DNA of 64,000 nucleotides from Bacteroidales bacterium Bact_22 (GTDB lineage Bacteria; Bacteroidota; Bacteroidia; Bacteroidales; F082). A program made the position numbers and the translations under genes. The stretch is taken from the NCBI GenBank assembly GCA_001603665.1, contig LUZN01000034.1, positions 27-64,026 of the forward strand, read 5' to 3'. The notes under the pieces were generated by a model. The model ran no database searches and had not been told where the DNA came from. It worked only from the letters and a program-made list of their open reading frames with translations. Of the stretch, positions 54,416 to 62,338 are shown piece after piece; positions within the stretch are counted from its first letter, which is position 1; the number at the start of each line of letters is the position of its first letter.

Positions 54416-55416
54416 TTCTTGTCCTCGCCCACTCTGAAGATGACGGTCATGCCCGGACGTAAGCCTTCGACTTTTGCCGTCGGCACCGCGCGCACCTCAA
54501 AGGTCTTGAGGTCGTATTGTCCAGTCTGCTTGGTGGCCTTCCATGCCGCGTAGTCACCACGGTCTTTCATGTAGGTGACTTCCATCACGACGCTTGCTCC
54601 GAGTGCCGGGAACTCAGCGGTGAACTGGCTTCCTAGAGGCATGTTTCTGAGATGATCTTCGCGCACGTTGAACGTAGCCCACATGTCGTCCATCATCGCG
54701 ATGTTCATGATAGGTGCGCCAGTGCCGACGAGCTCGCCGATATGCGGGAAGATATCTGTCACCTCGCCGTCGGCGTAAGCCAGAAGTATCGTCTCGCTGA
54801 TGTAAGAGTCGACTTCCTCGACGACGCCTTTAGCCTGTTCGACCTTAGCCGCCGCCATCGCCTTGTCTTCCTTCTGCGCGCCCTTCATCGCCATGTCGTA
54901 CTGTGACTTCGCCGCTTTCTCGGTGGCGATGGCGGCGTCGTACTGCGCCTTGGTCTCGTCGTATTTCTGTTCGCTCACGACACCTTCTTTGAAGAGGTTC
55001 GACACGCGTTTGAACGACTTCTCCCAGATGTCGCGGTTCACCTTGGCTTTCTGCCACAGCTCGTAGGCGCCCTGGATCTGTTCTTCGCGTGCGCCGGCCT
55101 CGGCCTTGTCGTTCAAGGCCACCGCCGCGGTCTTCACGGCCTCGGCCTGCGCCTTCTTAGCCTTCACCTCAGGAGCCTCGATGATTGCCAGAGTGTCGCC
55201 GGCTTTCACGATGTCGCCTTCCTTCACCCTAAACTCCATGATACGGCCCGGTATCTTACTCGAGACTCGGTATTCCGAAACCTCCATCTGGCCCTGCATT
55301 ATCTCGTTTGTCTTGCCGTAAGTGATTGAGCCAATGACACATACGGTTGCTATAACCAATCCTAACACCGCCAACGCGATGAAAGTGTTAATTCGTTGTG
55401 TTCTCTCTGTAGCCAT
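54412..55416 (-). CDS. HlyD-family membrane fusion (periplasmic adaptor) protein
   Basis: N-terminal TM anchor, lipoyl-like hairpin (GDIVKAGDTLAIIE), a long coiled coil, and a beta-barrel C-domain. ATG at 55416; the ORF-track start at 55446 is a TTG inside the repeat. Confidence 0.8.
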   Translation of the reverse strand: MATERTQRINTFIALAVLGLVIATVCVIGSITYGKTNEIMQGQMEVSEYRVSSKIPGRIMEFRVKEGDIVKAGDTLAIIEAPEVKAKKAQAEAVKTAAVALNDKAEAGAREEQIQGAYELWQKAKVNRDIWEKSFKRVSNLFKEGVVSEQKYDETKAQYDAAIATEKAAKSQYDMAMKGAQKEDKAMAAAKVEQAKGVVEEVDSYISETILLAYADGEVTDIFPHIGELVGTGAPIMNIAMMDDMWATFNVREDHLRNMPLGSQFTAEFPALGASVVMEVTYMKDRGDYAAWKATKQTGQYDLKTFEVRAVPTAKVEGLRPGMTVIFRVGEDKK

Positions 55417-55436
55417 ATTTTTTTTAAATTTTAATT

Positions 55437-55464
55437 CAATAACCAATAACCTATAACCAATAAC
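55437..55464 (-). repeat. 4-unit heptad tandem repeat GTTATTG GTTATAG GTTATTG GTTATTG (minus strand)
   Basis: Starts immediately after the tolC-like TAG stop. Its last 17 nt, GGTTATTGGTTATTGAA, are identical to the 42031 copy. Confidence 0.85.
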
Positions 55465-56973
55465 CTATAGAATTCCTATTGATTTCTTAAGATATGTATT
55501 AGCCATTATCACATCGATTTTCGCATCGATATATTCCGAATGCGCCTGCATCCAGGCTGTCTGCGCCGCTTCAAGTGTCGACGACGGTATCATGCCCTCG
55601 TTGAAGCCGACCGTCGCCATCCTCAGGTTTTCCTCGGCATCCGACATCTTCTCGGTGGTCATCTGCAGTCTCGACTCAGCCTCTTTGATCTGTTTCTCAT
55701 ACTGATTGACCTGCAGCATCACGAGTTCTTTGGTGTCTTCGAGCTTCAGCTGTGTTATCATTGCCTCGGCCTTGGCCTTGCGTACCTTGTTGTAGCCTTC
55801 GCCGAAGTGGAACAGCGGCACCTTGGCGACGACGCCGAAGTTATAGAATCCGTGGAACTCGGTCTCGAATCCGTTGAATACCGAAGGGTTGGTGACTATG
55901 TAGTTGCCGAACACCGCCACGGTTGGCAGGAACTCGGAACGCGCTATGTCCACCTTTTTATCGTATATCTTCGTAGCCAGCTCGAGGCTCTGCAGCTCGG
56001 GACGGTTGTTCATGATGTCATCTTCGGTGTATTCGGTAGTATATACTGGCACTGCCACGTCTTCGAGGTTCTCGTCTTCGAGCACCAGTTCAGTGTCCAA
56101 TGGCAGTCCGCAGCTCTGGCATAGCAACATTTTCGACAGCGCCACGCCGTTTTGCACTCTTATCAGCGACAGCTCGGCATCGTTGAGTTTCACCTTCACC
56201 GAGAGCTTGTCGGCGTTGGTCGCCATACCTTCAGCCACGAGTTTGTCGACGTTGTCGCTCATGGTGCGGAGCAGCTCGACGTAGTTTTCGGTGAGTTTCT
56301 GTTTGTTGGCCAGCGACACAATCTGCCAATAGGCCTTGTCGGTTGCGACAATCACCTCCTGTTGTTCGGTCGTCAGCTGCATCTCGGCGAGGTCCTGGGC
56401 GTATCGTGCCATCTTGTTGTAGGCACGGATCTTACCGCCAGCGTACACTGGCTCCATCACGGTGATCATGCCGGCGTAGACGTTACGCGTGTCGAGGGTA
56501 AAGTTCTTAGCCACCTCCTCGCCTATCGCGTCGAGCGTCTCGAAGGCTCCGATGTTATGCAGATCCTGTATAAGTGCCTGAAGCTCAGGATTATTCATGA
56601 TGATTTGATACATCATCGGGTTCTGCATCAGCTCTTGGATTATCGGGTCGATGAAGCCGTTCACGTCGCCTTGCAAAGTGCTGCCCACAGTGCTCATGGC
56701 GTTGATTTTATCATCGCTCAGCAGCTGAATCTGCTTCTCGTTGTGCATGTAGGTGCCCTGTGCCGATATCGAAGGAAGGTAATTCGCGAAAGCAATCTTC
56801 CTATCGTAGTTTGCCATGTTGACTTTCTCCTGCGAAATCTTGAGGTTTTTGTTGTTCTCAAGAGCCATGTCGCGACAGTCCTGAAGCGTCACAACTCGTT
56901 GAGCTGCAATAGGATATATCGCGAGCAGAAGCACGGCAAGAAGCGTTAATCTAATGTTGGTTTTGTATTGCAT
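55465..56973 (-). CDS. TolC-family outer-membrane efflux protein
   Basis: 502 aa with a signal peptide and two OEP repeats rich in coiled-coil heptads. Confidence 0.85.
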   Translation of the reverse strand: MQYKTNIRLTLLAVLLLAIYPIAAQRVVTLQDCRDMALENNKNLKISQEKVNMANYDRKIAFANYLPSISAQGTYMHNEKQIQLLSDDKINAMSTVGSTLQGDVNGFIDPIIQELMQNPMMYQIIMNNPELQALIQDLHNIGAFETLDAIGEEVAKNFTLDTRNVYAGMITVMEPVYAGGKIRAYNKMARYAQDLAEMQLTTEQQEVIVATDKAYWQIVSLANKQKLTENYVELLRTMSDNVDKLVAEGMATNADKLSVKVKLNDAELSLIRVQNGVALSKMLLCQSCGLPLDTELVLEDENLEDVAVPVYTTEYTEDDIMNNRPELQSLELATKIYDKKVDIARSEFLPTVAVFGNYIVTNPSVFNGFETEFHGFYNFGVVAKVPLFHFGEGYNKVRKAKAEAMITQLKLEDTKELVMLQVNQYEKQIKEAESRLQMTTEKMSDAEENLRMATVGFNEGMIPSSTLEAAQTAWMQAHSEYIDAKIDVIMANTYLKKSIGIL

Positions 56974-57033
56974 TTTTTAATTATTTGTTATCGTAATTTC
57001 GAGCTGCAAAATAACAACACATTTCTTTTCCTG

Positions 57034-57070
57034 TAAAGGTCAAAAATTGACTAAAAAGTATCTAAAGGTC
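57034..57070. promoter_or_regulatory. Candidate operator: direct repeat TAAAGGTC (x2, 29 nt apart); the first overlaps the palindrome GTCAAAAATTGAC
   Basis: Seen at 57034-57041 and 57063-57070, with the palindrome at 57039-57051, in the divergent tolC/araC control region. Confidence 0.3.
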
Positions 57071-57112
57071 GAATTTTTGAAAATTTTTTAACAATATATC
57101 AATAAAATGGTG

Positions 57113-57120
57113 TACTTTTG
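57113..57120 (+). promoter_or_regulatory. -7 promoter box (TACTTTTG) for AraC-family regulator gene
   Basis: Exact match 16 nt upstream of the ATG at 57137; it lies inside the longer ORF starting at 57107. Confidence 0.45.
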
Positions 57121-57136
57121 TCGAAAATTTATTCCA

Positions 57137-58045
57137 ATGGACAATAAGCTATACAACAAATTCACTCTTTCGAAAGTGAAAGAGTTATTTCTGAAGGACA
57201 ACATCGTGAGCATTGGCGACGATTTCATCCTTGCGCGGCAGACGAATAACGTTGACATCGCGTTGCTCCGATTCCCCAGTCGTATCGAGGGTTTTGTGGC
57301 GGCATATTGCCGAAAAGGACATTTCAAATGCACCATCAACCTGACGGAATATGATGTTCACGACGGCATGCTGGTGGTCAACATACCTAATAATATTATA
57401 CAGCTCGAGCCTTTCGACCAGGAAGAGCATATCGAGATTACGATTCTCGCAGTGTCGCCGCAGTATATGAACACTTTGAGTTCTGATTTGGATAAGATTT
57501 TCATCGACGCCATCAGCATGTTGAAGAGTCCGATAATGGAGATGGCTCCCGAGGAGGTCGAGCTCTCGATGCAGTATTTCCATCTCATTGATAATGTGAT
57601 AAATACCGATTCGGAATATCGCAACGACAGCGTCAGCTACCTGCTCACTTCCATTTTTTATCTCATTGGAGGAATGCTGAAAAAACGTCTGGATGCTGAG
57701 GAAGAGAACGACGACAAGACCTCGACTCGTCACAAAAAAGTGTTTGAGATGTTCATCGAACTGGTCGAGAAATACCACAACAAGGAGCGTTCGGTAGGTT
57801 TTTATGCCGACAAACTCTGCATCTCATCGAAATATCTCTCGCAGATCATCAAAAAGGTGAGTGGATTCTCGGCCCCCGACATCATTAATAAATATGTGAT
57901 TCTCGAAGCTCAGCATCTGTTGCGTCATAGCAACCTGAGTGTCAAGGAGATAGCCGACCAGCTAAACTTCCCTAACCAGTCGTTTTTCTATAAATATTTC
58001 AAGTTGCACACCGGCTACACCCCTAATTCTTATCGTCAGAAATAA
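57137..58045 (+). CDS. AraC-family transcriptional regulator
   Basis: About 302 aa with a C-terminal double HTH (SVGFYADKLCISSKYLSQIIKK... NQSFFYKYFKLHTGYTPNSYR). Confidence 0.85.
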   Translation: MDNKLYNKFTLSKVKELFLKDNIVSIGDDFILARQTNNVDIALLRFPSRIEGFVAAYCRKGHFKCTINLTEYDVHDGMLVVNIPNNIIQLEPFDQEEHIEITILAVSPQYMNTLSSDLDKIFIDAISMLKSPIMEMAPEEVELSMQYFHLIDNVINTDSEYRNDSVSYLLTSIFYLIGGMLKKRLDAEEENDDKTSTRHKKVFEMFIELVEKYHNKERSVGFYADKLCISSKYLSQIIKKVSGFSAPDIINKYVILEAQHLLRHSNLSVKEIADQLNFPNQSFFYKYFKLHTGYTPNSYRQK

Positions 58046-58053
58046 AAAATTAT

Positions 58054-58061
58054 TAATTTTG
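58054..58061 (+). promoter_or_regulatory. -7 promoter box (TAATTTTG) for pssA
   Basis: Exact match 14 nt upstream of the ATG at 58076. Confidence 0.5.
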
Positions 58062-58075
58062 CAAAAATTTGAGTC

Positions 58076-58786
58076 ATGAAAATCACAAAGCACATTCCTA
58101 ATGCCATAACATGCTGCAACCTTATAAGTGGTTGTGTATCAATACTTTTCTTATGCCACAACCGTCTTCTTTGGGCCGCGGCAATGATTTTTATCGCCGC
58201 TGTCTTCGATTTCCTCGATGGCTTCGCCGCCCGTTTGCTTGACGCGAAATCGCCTATCGGCGCTGAACTCGACTCGTTGTCGGATGTGGTGTCGTTCGGC
58301 GTGGCGCCTTCGTTTATCGTGGCATGGTTTTTGAGCAGAACAGGCATCGGCTGGTGGATTCACAACTTCAACGTGTTTCCTGTCTTTGCCTTTATCTTAG
58401 CGGCTTTTGCGGCAGTACGTCTCGCAAAGTTCAACCTCGACACACGTCAGACTTCGTCGTTTATCGGACTTCCGGTGCCGGCGGTGGGACTGTTCATCGC
58501 GTCCTTGCCGTTTATGCTTTTCCACATCGGCAGCAGCAGTGCGTTATATCAGTTTGTCGTCAACCCTTATTTCCTGTTGGCGATGGTGGCAGTTTTCAGC
58601 TGGCTGATGGTGAGCGAGGTGCCGTTTTTCTCGTTTAAAATCAAGACATTACGATTCAAGGAGAACATCCTTCGTTACTTTGTAGTGATATTCGCCATAG
58701 TAGCGGTCATCATCCTTCACTGGGTAGCATTGCCGTTTATTTTCCTGTTCTATATGCTGTTATCGGTGGTTTGCTACCGGGGATAA
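58076..58786 (+). CDS. pssA: CDP-diacylglycerol--serine O-phosphatidyltransferase
   Basis: CDP-alcohol phosphatidyltransferase motif DFLDGFAARLLDAKSPIGAELDSLSDVV; polytopic membrane protein. Confidence 0.85.
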   Translation: MKITKHIPNAITCCNLISGCVSILFLCHNRLLWAAAMIFIAAVFDFLDGFAARLLDAKSPIGAELDSLSDVVSFGVAPSFIVAWFLSRTGIGWWIHNFNVFPVFAFILAAFAAVRLAKFNLDTRQTSSFIGLPVPAVGLFIASLPFMLFHIGSSSALYQFVVNPYFLLAMVAVFSWLMVSEVPFFSFKIKTLRFKENILRYFVVIFAIVAVIILHWVALPFIFLFYMLLSVVCYRG

Positions 58787-58801
58787 TAATATTTTACAAA
58801 T

Positions 58802-58841
58802 AAAAAAATAGGGACAGACGCGGTCTGTCCCTACATTTTTT
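58802..58841. terminator. Bidirectional rho-independent terminator
   Basis: 11-bp perfect stem TAGGGACAGAC/GTCTGTCCCTA with a GCG loop, flanked by AAAAAAA and TTTTTT. It lies between convergent pssA and the C25 peptidase gene. Confidence 0.8.
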
Positions 58842-58854
58842 GTAACGTTTAGCG

Positions 58855-61800
58855 TTAGCGTTTTATCACCTTAGTGGTTTCCGTACCTATTTTTACGAAA
58901 TACAACCCTGGCTTCAGGTCTGCAACGTTGATTTGCATGTCGCCTGACATGTTTTCATAGCGTCTCACCACCTGTCCGAGGCTGTTGAATATCACCACAT
59001 CCGACTGGCTGTCACCGAGTTCGATGTTCAGCACTTCGCTCATCGGGTTAGGATACATCGCTACGGTCTGTTCGACAACCGATTCAACGCTTGTGATGAT
59101 TGTCGAAGGCGGAAACACCACGTTGTCGATCCATGCGCAGTCGTCGCCAGTCGACATTGACACATCTTTGCGGTATTCCCATCTAAGTTCATGATCACCA
59201 GGTGTCAAGGTGTATGTTGCCTTTCGCCAGCCTATCTCACCCGACCAGTTATTCTTCTCCATACCGTCGATCTTGAAAAACAGCTTATCAAAGTTGTTTT
59301 CCGACGACACCTTATAGTAGAAACTCATCTCGCTCTCGGTTCCAACGTGTATATTGATGTAAATCGACGATGTCTCGCCATCTGAAATCGAAGTGGATTT
59401 TGCGCAATACTGACCTTCGTAAGGATTCTGTGTAGTGACTTCCCATGCGTAGATGATGCTTGGATATTGCCATGGGAACGCGCTCAAGTCGCCTGTCTCG
59501 AAGCCATCGAACGACTGTCCGACAGTGATATAGAAAGTGCCATTGGCGACGTAGTGGCCATAATATGCAGCATAAAACAGCTGATACAAAGCGCCATATT
59601 CCGCATCAGCACCCAGAGTAAAATTCATGTCGGCTGTAAATTCGCTACCTGCTGCGATTTCGTCATATGTCCATTCTGTGGTAGGTAAACTGATAACCTC
59701 ATGTGAGTTATATATTCTGAACATAGCTGCCGGTGCTGCTGCGCCGCCTTTGTTTTGCAGGGTGAAATGAACCACTCCGCTGTCGCCAGGATTGAGGATG
59801 TCTCCAGGGACGTCAACCACAAAGCTCACCATATCAAACAAAGGAGCATATATCCTTGTGTTGAAGTGGCTCTCCCATGTATCGGTGCCGTCGGTGCAGG
59901 TGATATCGAAACGCACGACGGTGTTGTCAGGCACGTTGTCGCTCACCGTGAAAGCGAAGGCGTTGTCGAGTGTAACACTCTGACTGCCAGCCACATCACC
60001 CAGAGTAACTGTAGTCTCGTTGAATGTCACATATTCGCTGTCGCATGCTATCGTAGCAGTGACGTTGTTGGCGTTGACGCTGCCGACGTTTCTCAATGTC
60101 ATGTTGAAGCTGTATTCGCCGTTGAATTCCATCTGTGCGCCGCCGTTGAGGCTGTAGCTATCGTAAACGACGTATGGTGTGTCGCTAGGCACTGCCATCA
60201 TCTCGACATCAATCGGGTAAGAGTTCACTCCTTGAACCTTCATTATCATCGTGCCGACGTTCTGCAGTCCGCCTTCGAACTCCAGCTCTGCCACGCCGTT
60301 TTCGTCGGTGGCGCCCATCGCTATGACTTCACCGTCCATGAAGATGAGGCAGCGGTAGTTCATCAGTCCGTTACCGTCTTCGTCGGTGACTGTGACATCT
60401 ATCGACTGTGTGCCGACCACCACCTGTGCAGGTGCTTCGACAAGTGCTGTCATCGGCTCGTCGAGCCAGACGTTGACCACGCCGTCGCCAAGCACGTTCA
60501 TATCGTAGAAATTCCAGCGCAGAGCGCCTTCTTCCCACTGTCCCGGGGCTGTCACCCATGGTGCTGTCGCACATTTACCTATGGCGTGAGCCATGCTGAG
60601 CCATCCACAACGGTCGCCCCACTGAGCGTCGGTCATCTCTCTTTCAAGGTGAGCGCCAGGACCTTCTGTCTGACCCTCATTAAACCAGCCGTAACGTGAG
60701 TTTCCGATGACGGCGACAGCGAAATTCTCGATTGTCACCATCTTCTCGAGGATGCAGTTCTCATCGAAAGCACCGCAGTCGCAGCCTTGTGTATGGAAGA
60801 AAGTGTAGTTATGGTCAACGCCGTTGGCACCAGAGAAATCGCTGTTCGAGACGCCATACCAACCAGCCACATAGCTTGTGTTGGCGTGACCGTCGTGATG
60901 CACATAACTTGTACCTGCATTGATAGCCTGTTTCAGTGCCGAGCCACTCCAAGTACCAAGTTCTTCATAAAGCTTTGTAAAGTCATAATCTGTTGGATAT
61001 CCAACAGTGGTATAGCCGTTATCGTCATGTGTACCAATCAGAAGCTCGAGATAATCGGAACCATTTGAAGTAGGGTCGTCGTAGAGATGCTCTCCTGCCA
61101 AAATCACCTTATGGAACTCGCCCAATACTGGATTTTGCTGATATGATAAGGTTTTATGAATCATGTTTTGAAGATCCGTGGCTGTCTTAAATGACATACG
61201 GCTGACACCGATTTCAGGCATGAGGTCGTCCTCGCCCGGCTCACCCCAATGTCCGTCATTATTATCATTCCAAGTGCCATCGAGACCATTGTAATAAAGG
61301 TCGGCAGGGATATTGCTGCTTTCGTAGAGACTGCTTGACTGAACCTGGCAGAAGAAGCCGCGGTAAGGGATGATGTTGACATCGCCGCCCAAAACCACCA
61401 TCATAATACCGTTGTTCTGGTATTCCTGGATGATGTAGTTACGGATCTTATCCTGGTTGTCGACACCTGTCATTGTGGCGTAGATGTCGGCTGTTGTGGC
61501 GATTCTGTTACGCATGCCGATGCTGTTGTAATAGTCGCAGTATTCGGCATAGCTGTCGACATATTGTGCATCGGTGATGATCAAGACGTCGTAGTTTGTA
61601 ACCTCGCGGCCTTGTGTGTTGTAGGTGTCAACCATCTCAGGGTTCTGGGCGAGACGGCGAACAGTATTTTTAATCTCCTCTGTGCCCCAAAGCATGTTGC
61701 TGTGGTCGGCCTTCGAAGCCTTAGTGTTGACTCGCACATTGGCAGTGCGGGCGTACATCACCTTGCCTTCTGAAGGGATGTATTGCACTGGGGTGAAGGC

Positions 61801-62229
61801 AGCATTGGCGAAGCCGTAGCCGTTTTTGTACTGAGTGGTCACAACGCCGTGATTCTCAGCAGGATAGACGCCTTTTGAAGCATAGACGGCTTCGTTGACA
61901 ATCAAATCTCTCTTCTCGTTGTCGCCAACAGTACGTGAAGGCTGATAAGGGAAGAGACTGATATTACCTTCAACTTCTTGAAAATCAGAGAGTTCTACTT
62001 CTATTGATTCGGCTTCGGTGCCTTGTGGCAGGACGAGGCTCACCATCTGGTATGGCAGCGAAGGGTTGCCGGCGAGAGCTGTCTGCATGCAGCCCTCAAA
62101 GCTGATCTGCTGATAGCCACGAAGTGTTGTAACTTTCGGATTATCAAAATGATAGGTCATCTCTACTGTCTGAGCGAAGACGAAGACGCTCATCAACGAC
62201 AGGAGCACAAAAAAAGTAAGTTTTTTCAT
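58855..62229 (-). CDS. C25-family (gingipain-like) cysteine peptidase with T9SS C-terminal sorting domain
   Basis: 1124 aa. Signal peptide, N-terminal propeptide-like domain, and a caspase-like core with candidate His (VHHDGHAN) and Cys (HTQGCDCGAF). Several Ig/CARDB-like and MAM-like domains. C-terminus YPNPMSEVLNIE...GLYFVKIGT...KVIKR. Confidence 0.8.
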   Translation of the reverse strand: MKKLTFFVLLSLMSVFVFAQTVEMTYHFDNPKVTTLRGYQQISFEGCMQTALAGNPSLPYQMVSLVLPQGTEAESIEVELSDFQEVEGNISLFPYQPSRTVGDNEKRDLIVNEAVYASKGVYPAENHGVVTTQYKNGYGFANAAFTPVQYIPSEGKVMYARTANVRVNTKASKADHSNMLWGTEEIKNTVRRLAQNPEMVDTYNTQGREVTNYDVLIITDAQYVDSYAEYCDYYNSIGMRNRIATTADIYATMTGVDNQDKIRNYIIQEYQNNGIMMVVLGGDVNIIPYRGFFCQVQSSSLYESSNIPADLYYNGLDGTWNDNNDGHWGEPGEDDLMPEIGVSRMSFKTATDLQNMIHKTLSYQQNPVLGEFHKVILAGEHLYDDPTSNGSDYLELLIGTHDDNGYTTVGYPTDYDFTKLYEELGTWSGSALKQAINAGTSYVHHDGHANTSYVAGWYGVSNSDFSGANGVDHNYTFFHTQGCDCGAFDENCILEKMVTIENFAVAVIGNSRYGWFNEGQTEGPGAHLEREMTDAQWGDRCGWLSMAHAIGKCATAPWVTAPGQWEEGALRWNFYDMNVLGDGVVNVWLDEPMTALVEAPAQVVVGTQSIDVTVTDEDGNGLMNYRCLIFMDGEVIAMGATDENGVAELEFEGGLQNVGTMIMKVQGVNSYPIDVEMMAVPSDTPYVVYDSYSLNGGAQMEFNGEYSFNMTLRNVGSVNANNVTATIACDSEYVTFNETTVTLGDVAGSQSVTLDNAFAFTVSDNVPDNTVVRFDITCTDGTDTWESHFNTRIYAPLFDMVSFVVDVPGDILNPGDSGVVHFTLQNKGGAAAPAAMFRIYNSHEVISLPTTEWTYDEIAAGSEFTADMNFTLGADAEYGALYQLFYAAYYGHYVANGTFYITVGQSFDGFETGDLSAFPWQYPSIIYAWEVTTQNPYEGQYCAKSTSISDGETSSIYINIHVGTESEMSFYYKVSSENNFDKLFFKIDGMEKNNWSGEIGWRKATYTLTPGDHELRWEYRKDVSMSTGDDCAWIDNVVFPPSTIITSVESVVEQTVAMYPNPMSEVLNIELGDSQSDVVIFNSLGQVVRRYENMSGDMQINVADLKPGLYFVKIGTETTKVIKR

Positions 62230-62264
62230 TGTATGAGTTTTTAATGATTAAGCTATAAAGTCCG

Positions 62265-62272
62265 CAAAGATA
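62265..62272 (-). promoter_or_regulatory. -7 promoter box (TATCTTTG on minus strand) for C25 peptidase gene
   Basis: Exact match 35 nt upstream of the ATG at 62229. Confidence 0.5.
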
Positions 62273-62326
62273 CACTTTTTTTGAAACCGCGCAGCTTTTT
62301 TTTGTCATTTCGAATGATTTTCTTTG

Positions 62327-62334
62327 TAATTTTG
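62327..62334 (+). promoter_or_regulatory. -7 promoter box (TAATTTTG) for GH3 gene
   Basis: Exact match 4 nt upstream of the ATG at 62339 (a second in-frame ATG lies at 62345). Confidence 0.4.
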
Positions 62335-62338
62335 TAGT

